Shown: positions 1-11,913, numbered from the stretch's first letter. The stretch is DNA of 64,000 nucleotides from an uncultured delta proteobacterium (GCA_963767925.1 CAVYGB010000013.1:96001-160000); one strand, 5' to 3'. Program-made: numbers and translations. Notes: generated by a model not told the origin, from the sequence alone.

Positions 1-850
1 GTCGTGGAAGAAGACCAGCGCACAGTCGGGGCGACAGGGCACCTGCTCGTCGAGCCCCGCCGCGTGCAGGGCGGAGGTCCGCTCGGAGAGCGCGCGGGAG
101 ATGGCCGGGTGATCCTCGATCGCCCGGCGGTAAAGCGGGAGCCGCCAGCCGGGCCACCGGGGCCACCCGCGGATCGAACAGCAACAGGCCGTCCTCGGCG
201 AACAGGTCGGCGAGCACCCCGGCGAAGGCCTGGGCCAGCGGAGTGCCGGGGCGGTAGTGCGCGCGCAGCAGGGCCAGCACGTCGGGCGCGCCCGGGGCCG
301 GCCCCAGCGCGTCGGCCAGCGCGGCCAGGGCCGCGTCGACGTCGGGCCCCAGCCGGCGGTGGGCGATCGAGCTGCGCGGGCTGGCCCCGGGGTCGGGGGC
401 GATGCTCAGCTTCTGGGGGGCCGCCTCCGCCCCGCTACCGAGCACGTAGGTGGACGCGATCTCGTCGAAGTCGTGGTCCTCGGTCTGCAGCCAGAACAGG
501 GGCACGCAGCGCACGCCCGACTCGCGCTCGAGCGCCCGCGCCGCCGCCACCGCGCTGGCCGCCTTGTAATAGGTGTAGAGCGGCCCGAGGAACAGGCCGA
601 CCTGCTGGCCCGTGATCACCACCGTGGTCCCGGGGCGGGCGAGCGCCTCCAGGTTGGCCTGGCGGGCGGCGCTGGGAGCGAAGGCGGCGTTCTGGGAGGT
701 CAGCACCTCCAGCACGGCCGGCGCCACAACCCGCTCGGCCGCGCGCCGGGCCTGCGCCACACGGGCGGCCGGCTCGCGGAAGTCCGAGGGAAGGAAGGCA
801 CGGGCCGTGGGATCGCCGTTGAGAAACGAGGCGGAAAAGGGGCGGCCCAT
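1..850 (-). CDS. bshC: Bacillithiol biosynthesis cysteine-adding enzyme BshC (N-terminal part; runs off window start)
   Basis: Manual translation from ATG 850 (not in ORF track): [14 protein letters not shown]...[23 protein letters not shown]...[16 protein letters not shown], the BshC TGQQ/GPLY and EDHD motifs. Confidence 0.85.
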   Translation of the reverse strand, partial: MGRPFSASFLNGDPTARAFLPSDFREPAARVAQARRAAERVVAPAVLEVLTSQNAAFAPSAARQANLEALARPGTTVVITGQQVGLFLGPLYTYYKAASAVAAARALERESGVRCVPLFWLQTEDHDFDEIASTYVLGSGAEAAPQKLSIAPDPGASPRSSIAHRRLGPDVDAALAALADALGPAPGAPDVLALLRAHYRPGTPLAQAFAGVLADLFAEDGLLLFDPRVAPVARLAAPALPPGDRGSPGHLPRALRADLRPARGGARRAGALSPRLCAGLLPR

Positions 851-928
851 GGAGTCGCAGCATCCTAGCATCGCTCTTTCGATATGCCTCTTGTGGCGTC
901 GCGCCCGGCGGGCCATAACAGCCGCCCC

Positions 929-3444
929 ATGCGAACCCGGGCTGGCTGGCTACTGGTCTTCGCCGCAATGTTCACCCCAGCGACCTCGCCCCCGGCCCAC
1001 GCCGAGCCCACGCGTCAGCTCGACGCCTCCGAGATCCTCAAACGTCTCCAGCGCCTGTCGGTGGTGGGCAGCGTGCTCTACGTCGCCGCGCATCCCGACG
1101 ACGAGAACACGAACTTCCTGGCCTACCTGGCCAGCGGGCGCGGCCTGCAGGCCACCTACCTGTCGATCACCCGCGGCGACGGCGGGCCAGAACCTCATCG
1201 GGTCCGAGCAGGGGCCGCAGCTCGGCGTCATCCGCACCCAGGAGCTGCTGGCCGCCCGGCGCATCGACGGGGCCGCGCAGCTCTTCACCCGGGCGCGTCG
1301 ACTTCGGGTACTCCAAGTCGGTCGACGAGACCCTGCGCCTCTGGGGCGAGGAGGAGGTCCTGGCCGACGTCGTGCTCGCCATCCGGCGGGTGCGGCCCGA
1401 CGTCATCGTCACCCGCTTTTCCCCCGAAGGCGGCGGGCACGGCCACCACACCGCCTCGGCCCGCCTGGCCGAGCGGGCCTTCAAGCAGGCCGCCGACCCG
1501 AAGTACCAGCCGGCCGCGATGCCGAAGCTGCCCCCCTGGCAGGCGCGGCGAATCTTCGTCAACCGGTTCGGCGGCGACGGGGGGCCGGCGCGCCAGGACG
1601 TCGGCGAGTTCGACCCGCTGCTCGGCGCCTCCTACGGCGAGATCGCCGCCAGCAGCCGCAGCATGCACAAGAGCCAGGGCTTCGGGGTGGCCCGCCGGCG
1701 CGGCCCGATCGTCGAGGACTTCCAGCTCCTGGCCGAGGCGGGCGGCCGCTTCGCCGGCCCCGGTCCCCTCGACGGCATCGACTGGACCTGGAGCCGCGTC
1801 GCCGGCGGCGAGAAGGTCAAGCAGCTCGCCGCCGGGCTGGCCCGCGGCTTCCGCTCCGACGACCCGTCGGCCAGCGTGCCCGGCCTGCTCGCGCTCGACG
1901 CCGCGCTGGAAGGGATCTCCGACGGCTTCTGGCGGGACATCAAACGTGCCGAAGTCGCAGAGCTGGTGGCAGCCTGCGCTGGCCTCTGGGTCGAGCCGAA
2001 CGCGGCCTCGCCCGCGCTGGTGCCCGGGGTGCCGGTGCGGGTGGCGGTCACCGCGCTCAACCGGTCGAGCCTCCCGGTCAAGCTGATCGATCTGCGCTTC
2101 GCCGGCCCGGCCCTGGCCGGCGAGAAGCGCGAGCCGCTGGCGGTGAGCAAGCCGCTCGCCCGCCACGTCCCCTTTCGCCAGGAGATCGACGTGGCGGCCA
2201 CCGGCACCGCCCGGCCCACGGGCCCCTACTGGCTGACCCAGCCCCCGCTGGCCGGCCGCTACCAGGTGGAGGACGCTGCCCTGATCGGACGGCCCGAGAA
2301 CCCGCCGGCGCTGGCCCTGCAGGCCCGGGTCGAGGTGGCGGGCCGGAGCTTCACCTTCAGCTACCCGGTCTTCCACAAGTGGACCGACCCGGTGGCCGGC
2401 GAGCGCACGCGCCCGGTCGAGGTGGTGCCGGCCGTGTCGGTCGCCCCGCTCGCCTCGGTGCTGCTGTTCGCCGACGGCAAGCCGCAGCCGCTGCGGGTGC
2501 GCCTGAAGGCCGCCGCCGCCAAGGCCGTGGGGACCCTGCGCCTCGAGACCCCGGCCGGGTTCCTGGCCGAGCCCGCCTCGGCGCCCTTCGAGCTGGCCGC
2601 CGCCGGCGACGAGGTCGACCTGACCTTCGCCCTGCGCCCAGCGCGCGCGGGGGGGGCCACCGCGGGCACCCTCAAGCTGGTGGCCGAGGTGGGCGGTCGC
2701 CCGCTCGGCCACCGCATCCACTTCATCGAATACCCCCACATCCCCACCCAGATGCTGGCCCTGCCGGCCGAGGTCCGGCTGTCGACCGTCGACCTGCGCC
2801 TGCTGGGCAAGCGCATCGGCTACATCCCGGGCGCCGGCGACCAGGTTCCGGCCAGCCTCGAGCGGGTGGGCTACGAGGTGGTCGCCCTCGACGAGCCCGC
2901 CCTGGCCTCGGCGTCGCTGGCCAGCTTCGACGCCATCGTCATGGGGGTGCGGGCGTTCAACACCAACGAACGGCTGCCCTTTCACCACGCTCGCTTGATG
3001 GACTACGTGCGCGGGGGCGGGACGCTGGTGGTGCAGTACAACACCACCAGCCGCCTCGGCGGGCTCGAGGCCCGGATGGGCCCCCTGGCCTTCCAGATCA
3101 GCCACGACCGGGTCACCGACGAGAAGGCCGCCGTGCGCTTCGAGCAGCCGACCCACGCCATCTTGAACCAGCCCAACAAGATCACCGCCGCCGACTTCGA
3201 GGGCTGGGTGCAGGAGCGGGGGCTGTACTTCGCCAGCACCTGGGACAAGGGCTACCAGACGCCGCTCGCCTTCGCCGACCCCGGCGAGGCGCCCCTGCGC
3301 GGTGGGCTGCTCGTCGCCCGCCACGGACGCGGCGCTTTCGTGTACACCGGGCTGGCCTTCTTCCGCCAGCTCCCCGCCGGGGTTCCCGGCGCTTACCGGC
3401 TGTTCGCCAACCTGATCGCTCATGGCCGCACCACCGCCCGTTGA
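929..3444 (+). CDS. Large secreted PIG-L/LmbE-family deacetylase with C-terminal Ig-like and glutamine-amidotransferase-like regions; two apparent frameshifts (~1186, ~1293)
   Basis: Signal peptide; [46 protein letters not shown] and WVQERGLYF motifs spread over three frames. Confidence 0.85.
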
Positions 3445-3562
3445 CCTCCAGCTCGAAGATCGCCCGCCCCTGCTGACCTGGGGGCGCATCTACGCCCTCG
3501 TGCTTGGCGCCCTGGCGGTCGAGGTGGCGCTGTTCGCCTGGCTCTCACACGTGCTGCGATGA
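3422..3562 (+). CDS. 46-aa single-TM protein coupled to the SSS symporter
   Basis: [46 protein letters not shown]; stop overlaps the symporter ATG (ATGA); small TM partners are typical upstream of SSS genes. Confidence 0.65.
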   Translation: MAAPPPVDLQLEDRPPLLTWGRIYALVLGALAVEVALFAWLSHVLR

Positions 3563-5277
3563 CCGCGCTCGACTGGGTGGTCCTCGGCAGCACCCTGCTG
3601 TTCATCGTCGCCTACGGGATCTGGAAGTCCCGCGGGTCCTCCACCACGGCCGACTACATCCGGGGGGGAAACACCGACCGCTGGCCCACCATCGGCCTGT
3701 CGGTGATGGCCACCCAGGCCAGCGCCATCACCTTCCTTTCGACCCCCGGGCAGGCCTACGAGGACGGCCTGCGCTTCGTGCAGTTCTACTTCGGGCTGCC
3801 GCTCGCCATGGTGATCCTCTCGGCGGTGGTCGTGCCCCGCTACTACCGCCTCAAGGTCTTCACGGCCTACGAGTTCCTGGAGAGCCGCTTCGACCTCAAG
3901 ACCCGCCAGCTCGCCGCGCTCCTGTTCCTGGTGCAGCGCGGGCTGGCCGCCGGCATCACCCTGTACGCGCCGGCGATCATCCTGTCCAAGGTGCTGGGCT
4001 GGTCGCTCGACCTGACCATCGTGGGCATGGGCGCCCTCGTCATCCTGTACACGGTGGCGGGCGGGACCAAGGCGGTCAGCCAGACCCAGAAGCACCAGAT
4101 GGTGGTGATGATGGGCGGCATGGCCGTGGCCTTCGTCTGGGTGGTCTGGAACCTGCCGCCGCCGGATCTCCTTCGTCGACGCCATGCGACATCGCCGGCG
4201 TCATGGGGAAGATGAACGTCGTCGACTTCTCCTTCGATCCCTCGACACCGCTACACCTTCTGGTCCGGCATCACGGGCGGGCCTGTTCCTGGCGATGTCC
4301 TACTTCGGGACCGACCAGTCGCAGGTGCAGCGTTACCTGTCGGGCCGCTCGATCACCGAGAGCCGGCTGGGGCTGCTGTTCAACGGCCTGTTCAAGGTGC
4401 CGATGCAGTTCTTCATCCTGCTGATCGGCGTGATGGTGTTCGTGTTCCACCAGTTCGAGCGGCCGCCCGCTGTTCTTCAACGACACCGAGTGGAAGAAGA
4501 TCGACGGGACCACCCACGAGCCGGCGAAGCGCCGCCTCGAGCAGCAACACGTCGAGACCTGGACCCACAAGCTGCGGGCGGTGGCCAACTACGACGCCGC
4601 CCTCGAGGCGGGGGACAGCGCCCGCCTGGCCGAGGCCCGGACCATCGTGCAGGAGCGGGCGGCCGCCTCGGCGGCCGTGCGCCAGCGAGGCGCGGGCCCT
4701 GGTGGCGAGGGCCGTCCCCGGCGGCGAGACCAAGGACACCGACTACGTCTTCCTCACCTTCGTGCTCGAGAAGCTGCCCCAGGGGCTGGTCGGGCTGCTG
4801 CTCGCTGTCATCCTCTGTGCGCGGCCATGTCGTCGAGCGCCAGCGAGCTGTCCGCCCTGGGCTCGACCACCGTCGTCGACTTTTACCGGCGGAGCTGGCG
4901 CCCGGGCCAGTCCGACGCCCACTACCTGTGGGCCGCCCGCCTGTTCACCGTGGCCTGGGGGCTGCGTCGCCCTGGTCTTCGCCGCCTTCGCCTCGCTGAT
5001 CGACAACCTGATCCAGGCGGTCAACATCGTCGGCTCGCTGTTCTACGGGACCATCCTCGGCGTCTTCCTGGTGGCCTTCTTCACCCGCCGCATGCGGGGC
5101 ACGCCGGTGTTCCTGGCGGCCCTGGTCTCCGAGGCGGTGGTGATCACCTGCTACAAGGTCACCGACATCGGCTTCCTCTGGTTCAACGTCATCGGCTGCG
5201 TCCTCGTCGCCGTGCTGGCGGTGGTCCTCGATCTCTTCTGGCCCCGCCAGCCGCCGGCGCCCGTCGCCGCGCGCTGA
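3559..5277 (+). CDS. Sodium:solute symporter (SSS family), multiply frameshifted
   Basis: [51 protein letters not shown] and [15 protein letters not shown] segments in successive frames. Confidence 0.85.
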
Positions 5278-5284
5278 TCGCGCT

Positions 5285-6460
5285 TCAGGGGCCCGGTTCC
5301 ACCGCGGGGTCGTGGAGGGTGGCGTGGGCCTCGCGCAGGAGGGCGGGGATGGTGGTGCGGAAGGGGGAGTCGGTCAGGGCGGCGGCGACGGCCGCGTCCT
5401 GGAAGTCGGCGGCCTTGGCCCCGGGGACCCAGTGGTCGTCGGGGCTCATGGCGGCGTAGCGCTCCTGGGCGAAGGCGCGCAGGTCGAAGGCTCGCACCAG
5501 GTTGTGTAGCCAGAGGATGCGGCGCACGTTGATCCCGCCCGGCATGTCCCGCCAGTCCGGCAGCCCCTCGCGCCAGCGGCGGGCGAAGTCGTCCCCCAGG
5601 GCCTCGGCATAACGGGTCTCCAGCCGGCCGCTGATGAGCGGCACCAGCGCCTCGGCCGCGGGCTCGGAGAGGCGCTGCAGGGCGGCGACGTGCTCGTCGA
5701 AGTCCGAGGGGCGCGCGGCGCCGATCGAGAGGGTGTGGATCTCCGGGTGCCCGAGGCACCAGAGGTCGTTGAAGGCGATGGGCGATAGCGGCTCGCACAG
5801 CGCCCGCAGGCGGGCCGGGGCCTGCTGCAGGCGCCCGCCCTTGTCGGTGGGGCTGATGATGAACACGCCCATGTCCTGGGCGCGGGCGGCGGCGAGGGCC
5901 GGCCGGTTGTCCTGGAAGAGGTAGTAGTAGTGCAGGTTGACGTAGTCGAAGCGCCCGCTCCCGATCGCCGCCAGGATGAGCGGGGTGGGCCCGTGGGTCG
6001 AGAACCCCACGTGGCCGATGCGCCCGTCCTTGCGGAAGCGCTCGATCACCTCGTAGCAGCCGCCCGGCCGGAAGATCCGCTCGAGGCAGCCGGGCGTGTT
6101 GACCCCGTGGAAGGCGAAGAGATCGAGGTAACCCACCTGCAGCCCGGCGAACGACTCCTCGAGCAGCTTCTCGAAGTCAGCGGCCTGGTCGGTGGGGCGG
6201 ATCTTGGTCTGCAGCCTGAAGGACCCGCGGGGAATCCGGGCCAGGGCCGGGCCGAGCTGGGCCTCGCTGGTCCCGTAGCCCCGGGCGGTCTCGATGTGGT
6301 CGATGCCCAGCGCGAGGGCCTTGTCGAGGATCGCCTCGACGTTGTCCTGGCTCTTGCGGGAGATCCGCCCGCTCCGGGTCCAGGACGCCTGGTACCGCAT
6401 GCCCCCACAGGAGAACACCGGCATCTGCAACTCGGTCCGTCCGAACCGGCGGTAAATCAC
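5285..6460 (-). CDS. Aldo/keto reductase
   Basis: YRRFGRTELQMPVFSCGGMR, HIETARGYGTSE, LQTK, DLFAFHG and GFSTHG motifs. Confidence 0.88.
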   Translation of the reverse strand: MIYRRFGRTELQMPVFSCGGMRYQASWTRSGRISRKSQDNVEAILDKALALGIDHIETARGYGTSEAQLGPALARIPRGSFRLQTKIRPTDQAADFEKLLEESFAGLQVGYLDLFAFHGVNTPGCLERIFRPGGCYEVIERFRKDGRIGHVGFSTHGPTPLILAAIGSGRFDYVNLHYYYLFQDNRPALAAARAQDMGVFIISPTDKGGRLQQAPARLRALCEPLSPIAFNDLWCLGHPEIHTLSIGAARPSDFDEHVAALQRLSEPAAEALVPLISGRLETRYAEALGDDFARRWREGLPDWRDMPGGINVRRILWLHNLVRAFDLRAFAQERYAAMSPDDHWVPGAKAADFQDAAVAAALTDSPFRTTIPALLREAHATLHDPAVEPGP

Positions 6461-6564
6461 ACCCCATCATAACGGCTCGCCGGCCGCCCGGAAGCGCCCG
6501 CGCGCGGCGCCCCGCCCCCGCAGCGGGCCAGGACATGGCCAGAGCATCGCGCGGCGCGCCCCGG

Positions 6565-7899
6565 TCAGATCAGGTTCGGCAGGGGACCCTTGTCCCAGTC
6601 GGGGTAGACCGGCATCCTGGGTGCCCCCAGGGCGAGGGCCACCGACTGCAGCACGCTGGTGTGGGGGGTGCCGTTGTACTTGAGGTAGCGCCCGGTCTGC
6701 AGGGTGCCGCCGCTGGCGAGGGGGAACTTGCCGGAGGCGAGGAGGAAGGGCCCGCGGTCGAACTTGTGGCTGCCCACCGAGATCTCGTTGGTCCACAGAA
6801 AGAGGGTGTGGTCGAGGACCGTACCGCCCGCCTCCTCGACGCCCTTGAGCCGGGTCAGGAACGCCGCCGCCTGCTCGGCGTGCCAGGCGACAATCTTCGT
6901 GAGCTGGGCGTCGGCGCCGGCGTTGCCGGTCTGGTGGGCCAGCGGGTGGTGCTTTTCGGTCACCCCCAGCCAGTCGAACACGTTGCCGTGGCTGATCCAC
7001 TGCAGCCCCGCCACCCGGGTGAGGTCGCAGGCGAAGGCCAGCGCGCACAGGTCGAGAGCCGTCTTGCCGATGACCTGGTAGTCGACGCTGGTGACCGGCT
7101 CGGGCGGGCGGGTGCAGCCCTGGGTCGCGTTCGAGGGCGCGGCGGCCGCGTTGTTCGATCTCCACCTCGACCTGGCGGATGGCAGAGAGGTGTTTCTCCA
7201 GGCGCTGGCGGTCGCTGGGCCCCACGCCCTGGGAGACCTTCCGGTACTGCTCCATGGCCGCGTCGAGGATGCTCTTCTTGCGGGCGCGCAGGCGGGCCAG
7301 GTCGGCGGCGGCGCCCGGGTCGGCCTGTCCACCCGCGGTCGGGCGGGGAAAAGCCGGTGAACAGCCGGTCGAAGTTCTTGCGCGGGATCGGGCTCGACCG
7401 GGTGCACCTGGCTGGGCCCGTCGTGCAGGAAGTGGTAGTTCGTGACCCGCCCGGTCATCAGCGACTTGACCCGCGAGCTGCCGCCGATGGCCCCGGCCAC
7501 CACCTGGTCGATCGAGGCGCCGTCGGCCGCCCCGTTGTCGCTGCTGGAGGTCCAGCCGGTGACGGCGCTGTTGTGCCCGCGCTTGTGGGCGGTCCCGTCC
7601 TGGGTGCCCCGCTCCATCTTGCGGATGCCGTCGAGGATGATGAGGTGCTCGCGCAGCGGCTCGAACGCGGCCATGGCCGTCGCCAGCTTGAAGTCCTTCT
7701 CGCCGCCGGTGGGGAACCAGGTGCCCGGCACCACCCCGTTCTGGTTGAGCATGAGGAACAGGCGCCGGGGCGCCGCCGCCTCCTGGGCCCGGGCCGCGCG
7801 GGGCGCCATGGCGTCGAGGAAGGGCAGGGCGATGCCGACCCCGCCCGCGCCGCGCAGGAAGGTCCGCCGGCTCAGGCGCTTCGTCACGGGGCGCTTCAT
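6565..7899 (-). CDS. DUF1552 domain protein with Tat signal (internal compensating frameshifts ~7155-7385)
   Basis: LSRRTFLRGAGGVGIALPFLDAM, SIDQ, DRQRLEKHLSAIRQVE (alternative frame), AFACDLTRV, HHPLAH, GTVLDHT. Confidence 0.85.
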   Translation of the reverse strand: MKRPVTKRLSRRTFLRGAGGVGIALPFLDAMAPRAARAQEAAAPRRLFLMLNQNGVVPGTWFPTGGEKDFKLATAMAAFEPLREHLIILDGIRKMERGTQDGTAHKRGHNSAVTGWTSSSDNGAADGASIDQVVAGAIGGSSRVKSLMTGRVTNYHFLHDGPSQVHPVEPDPAQELRPAVHRLFPARPRVDRPTRAPPPTWPACAPARRASSTRPWSSTGRSPRAWGPATASAWRNTSLPSARSRWRSNNAAAAPSNATQGCTRPPEPVTSVDYQVIGKTALDLCALAFACDLTRVAGLQWISHGNVFDWLGVTEKHHPLAHQTGNAGADAQLTKIVAWHAEQAAAFLTRLKGVEEAGGTVLDHTLFLWTNEISVGSHKFDRGPFLLASGKFPLASGGTLQTGRYLKYNGTPHTSVLQSVALALGAPRMPVYPDWDKGPLPNLI

Positions 7900-9621
7900 C
7901 ACGGGGCTCCCTTGTAAGAAGAACGCGTCGGTCTGCACGAGCTGCCGCAACAACGCCCGCAGGTCACGGCCCGAACGGGCGAAGGCGCCCTCCAGGGTCT
8001 GCACGGTGCAGCGGTCGGCGTCCGTCTTCTCGCGTCCGAAGCTGAAGTTGAACATCTGCTCGACCAGGCAGGCCTCGACCTGCTTGCTGGACACGAGCTT
8101 TCTACCAAGCTCGACCGCTCCCGTGAACGGCCCGTCGACATCGGTGCCCGAAAGCTCGCCCCCGGCGTCGATCGGCTTGCCGTTTTCGCTCGTGCGCCAG
8201 GCGCCCATGGCGTCGTAGCTCTCGAACCCGAAGCCGATGCCGTCGATGAGGCCGTGGCAGCTGGCGCAGGCCGGGTCGGCCCGGTGGGCGGCGAACCGCT
8301 CCTTGGTCGTCTGGCGGGCGTCGAGCTGGGGGGGCATCGCGTTGGCCTCGGGAGGCGGCGGCGGCAGCGGCTGACACAGGAGCTGCTCGCGCACGAACAC
8401 CCCCCGGTGGATGGGCGAGCTCTGGTCGGGGCCCGCCTTCGCCGCCAGGAAGCTCGCCTGGGTCAGCACCCCGGCCCGCTGGGTCGGCTCCAGCTCCACC
8501 CGGGCAAACCCCTCGCCCGTGACACCCTTTTTACCGTAGAGGGCCGCCAGCTCGCCGTTGACCACGGAAAACGGGGCGGTCAGGAGGGTGTCCAGCTTGC
8601 CGTCGCCCTGCCAGATCAGCTCGATGAAGCGCTCGGTCTCCTGGCGGAACAGCTCGAGGTGCTCGTCCTTCCAGGCCGGGTAGACCGCGGTGTCCTTGTC
8701 CGCCTCCGCCAGGTCGCGGAGCTGCAGCCACTGCCCGGCGAAGTTGACCACCGTGGCGGCCGCCCGGGGGTCGTCGAGCATGCGCTCGGCCTGGGCCATG
8801 ACCTCGTCGCGCGTGCCCAGCTGGTTGCGGCGGGCCGCCTCGAACAGGGGCGCGTCGGGCATGCTGCCCCAGAGCAGGTAAGAGAGGCGCGAGGCCATCT
8901 CGAAGGGGGCGAGCCGGGCGTGCCGGCTCCCGGGCACGGGCACCCCCCGCTCGAGCCGGTAGGTGAACTGGGGCGACAGGATCATCACTTGCACCACCGC
9001 GTCGATCCCCTCGGCGAAGGTGGCGGCGCGGCCGCTGGCGAACACCCTCTTCAGATCGTCCCGCTCCTCCGCCTCGAGCGGCCGCCGCCAGACGCGGGCC
9101 CCGAACCCCTCGAGAAACCGCTCCAGACAGACGGCCTCGCCCTGCTGGACCGGGTCACAGGGGAGCACCGCCGCCAGCTTGCCCACCACGGTGCGGGCGA
9201 TCTCCTCGGCGGCGGCCACGTAGCGCAGGCCCAGCAGGTCGGAGACCGAGCGCAGCTCGGCGTTGTTGTCGAAGCTGCCCTGCAGCTCCTCGGCCGGGAA
9301 GTCCCGGGCCAGCCGCCGGTCTTCCCCCAGCAGCTCGCGCACGGTGTTGTCGTATTCGGTGCGGGTCAGCCGGCGCAGCGGCGCCGGCCCCGGATCGACC
9401 TCCCGGCAGGCGGCGCTGGTCCGGTCGGGCTCGAGCGGGTGGCTCCCCGGCCCGGGCAGCGGCGCCCCGGACGGATCGGGCCGGGCGCCGGGTGCCCCCG
9501 GGACCGACCCGGGGCCCGGGCTGGCGCTCTCTCCCACCATGCCGGTGCATGCCGCGGCGGCCAGCACCAGGGGGAGGACGAGGGTCATCCCGTGACCCGC
9601 TCGATCCGGACTGCGTACCAT
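7899..9621 (-). CDS. DUF1592/DUF1588/DUF1595/DUF1587/DUF1585 lipoprotein
   Basis: LRRLTRTEYDNTVRELL, MASRLSYLLWGSMPD, SSPIHRG, CASCH, GFGFESYDAMG; AGGAG RBS upstream; natural stop probably TGA at 7899-7901 overlapping the next ATG. Confidence 0.85.
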
Positions 9622-9637
9622 GGGGGCTCCTTTCGAA

Positions 9638-9653
9638 CCGAAAACGATTTCTC
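9638..9653. promoter_or_regulatory. Possible LacI-family operator upstream of the DUF1592 operon
   Basis: Near-palindrome GAAAACGATTTC with central CG just upstream of the RBS. Confidence 0.35.
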
Positions 9654-9786
9654 GATCTGATTGCCCCGGAGGGGCGGACTCATTGGCTTTTCTCCCCGGC
9701 CCCGCAAGACCCATCTAGCCGCGGCGGGTCGACGTCCCTCGGCCGGTTTTGGCCGGCGCGCCGTCGGTGGTAAACGATCGCCCGCC

Positions 9787-10692
9787 ATGATGAACATCGA
9801 CCTCCGGGGGAAACGGGCGCTCATCGCCGGCGTCGCCGACGACGCCGGCTTCGGCTTCGCCATCGCCAAGGCGCTGGCCGAGGCCGGGGCCAGCGTCTGC
9901 GTGGGCACCTGGCCCCCGGCCCTCGGCATCTTCAAGACGTTGCTCGAACGCGGCAAGCTCGACGCCTCGCTGCAGCTCCCGGGGGGCGCCAAGCTGACCT
10001 TCGAGCGCGTCTATCCCCTCGACGCCGAGTTCGACACCCTCGCCGACGTCCCCACCGAGCTGCGCGAGTCCAAGCGCTACCGCGACCAGGGCGACTGCAG
10101 CATCGAGGGGCTGGCCAGCCGGCTGCGCGCCGACTTCGGGGAGCAGCCCCTCGACGTCGTCGTGCACGCCCTGGCCAACGGCTCCGAGGTGCGCAAGCCG
10201 CTGCTCGAGACGAGCCGCCGCGGCTACCTGTCGGCCGTGTCGGTGAGCGCCTATTCGATGGTCTCGCTGCTGCAGCGCCTGGGCCCGCTCACCCGCCCCG
10301 GCGGCTCCTTCATGTCGCTGACCTACCTGGCCTCCGAGCGGGTGATCCCCGGCTATGGCGGCGGCATGTCCTCGGCCAAGGCCGCCCTCGAGAGCGACAC
10401 CCGCATGCTGGCCTTCGAGGCCGGACGCAAGTGGGGCCACCGGGTCAACACCATCTCCGCCGGCCCCTGGGCCTCCCGCGCCGCCTCGGCCATCGGCTTC
10501 ATCGAGCGGATGATCGAGTTCTGCAAGGACAACTCCCCCCTGGCCGAGGCCATGACCGGCGAGGAGGTGGCCGCCACCGCCGCCTTTCTGGCCTGCCCCC
10601 TCAGCAAGGGCATCACCGGCTCCACCCTCTACGTCGACAAGGGCTACCACACCATGGGCGTGGCGGTGGACCGCCCCATCACCACGAGCTGA
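9787..10692 (+). CDS. fabI: Enoyl-ACP reductase (plant/chlamydial-type FabI)
   Basis: [52 protein letters not shown]. Confidence 0.9.
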   Translation: MMNIDLRGKRALIAGVADDAGFGFAIAKALAEAGASVCVGTWPPALGIFKTLLERGKLDASLQLPGGAKLTFERVYPLDAEFDTLADVPTELRESKRYRDQGDCSIEGLASRLRADFGEQPLDVVVHALANGSEVRKPLLETSRRGYLSAVSVSAYSMVSLLQRLGPLTRPGGSFMSLTYLASERVIPGYGGGMSSAKAALESDTRMLAFEAGRKWGHRVNTISAGPWASRAASAIGFIERMIEFCKDNSPLAEAMTGEEVAATAAFLACPLSKGITGSTLYVDKGYHTMGVAVDRPITTS

Positions 10693-10725
10693 TCGCGGCC
10701 GTCACTGCGCCGGGCGGGGCCCTGG

Positions 10726-11913
10726 TCAGGGCAGCAGGGCCTGCTGGGGCGCGGGCGCGTCCGCCTCGTCGAGATCGGGGCGGACGGCGAAGAGGGCCTG
10801 GGGGGCCGTCGTCAGGGAGAAGGCGCCGGCCACCTCGAGATCACCGGAGTCGGCGATGCGGAACATGGCCAGGTTGCGGCTCTTCTGGTTGGCCACGACG
10901 AGGAACTGCCCGCCCGGCTCGACGATCAGCTCGACCGGGTCCTGCCCGCCGCTGGCCACGTGGGCCCGCAGGGTCAGCTCGCCCGACTCGCGGTCGACGG
11001 CGAACACGGCGATGCTGTCGTGGCCCCGGTTGCTGGCGTAGAGGAAGCGCCCGCCCGCGCCGAGGCGCATGCTGGCCGCCCGGCTCTTGCCCGCGGGCAC
11101 GTCGGCGGGGACGGTGGCGATCACCTGGAAGGCCATGCGGGTCAGCGCGCCCAGGCGATCGTCGAAGGCGTGCACGGAGATGGTCTGGCTGGTCTCGTTG
11201 AGCACGTAGACGAAGCGGCCGTTGGTGTGGCAGCGGATCTGGCGCGGGCGCGAGTCCCAGGGCAACCCGAGCGGCTGACCGGGCTTGGGGGTCAGCGCGC
11301 CCGTGCCGGGGTTGAAGGAATATTGCGAGATGGTGCCGGCGCCCTCGTTGACCACGAAGGCGACCGTGTTGGAGGGATGAAACCCCACCGCGGTCGCCCC
11401 CCGACCGGCGATCACCGTATCGGCCTCGGCCAGGCGGCCGTCGGGCCGGATGGGGATCACCGACACGTTGCCGCTCCCGCGGTTGGCCACCGCGACGTAG
11501 CGGCCGCTGCCGTCGACGGCCGAGCCCAGCGGATTGGTCCCGCCCAGGCCGGCCCGCCCGAGCGAGCGCAGGCTGCCGGTGCGCGGATCGATGGCCAGCG
11601 AGACAACCGCCGCCTGGGGGCCCCGGGCGCTGCGGGCATCGGTGGTGGCCAGCAGCAGCCGCCCGCGCGGCGCTCCGGTCAGGGAGAGGATCGGCGCGCC
11701 CAGCGCCGTCTTGCCCCGGCGGGTCAGGTCCCCCACCTCCGGGTCCAGCTCCAGCACCTCGACCTCGCCGCTGGCGCCGGCCACGTACACGAACGTATGA
11801 GGGGTGTCCTTGGTAGCCGCCGGTGCGGGTGCCTCTTGCCTGGCCCGCAGACCGGCGCAGGCCGAAAGCGCGAGGAGAAGCGCCGTCGGCAGCACTCGCA
11901 AACAGCCGGTCAT
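10726..11913 (-). CDS. Lactonase-family 7-bladed beta-propeller lipoprotein (6-phosphogluconolactonase-like)
   Basis: Lipobox LSAC; GRFVYVLNE, RFLYASNRGHDSIAVF, FLVVANQKS. Confidence 0.8.
   Translation of the reverse strand: MTGCLRVLPTALLLALSACAGLRARQEAPAPAATKDTPHTFVYVAGASGEVEVLELDPEVGDLTRRGKTALGAPILSLTGAPRGRLLLATTDARSARGPQAAVVSLAIDPRTGSLRSLGRAGLGGTNPLGSAVDGSGRYVAVANRGSGNVSVIPIRPDGRLAEADTVIAGRGATAVGFHPSNTVAFVVNEGAGTISQYSFNPGTGALTPKPGQPLGLPWDSRPRQIRCHTNGRFVYVLNETSQTISVHAFDDRLGALTRMAFQVIATVPADVPAGKSRAASMRLGAGGRFLYASNRGHDSIAVFAVDRESGELTLRAHVASGGQDPVELIVEPGGQFLVVANQKSRNLAMFRIADSGDLEVAGAFSLTTAPQALFAVRPDLDEADAPAPQQALLP

Noticed and set aside
6565..9714. 1049-aa DUF1592-DUF1552 fusion in the ORF track
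   Set aside because: One extra T near 7915 bypasses a TGATG stop/start overlap, and the second protein has its own Tat signal; probably two genes
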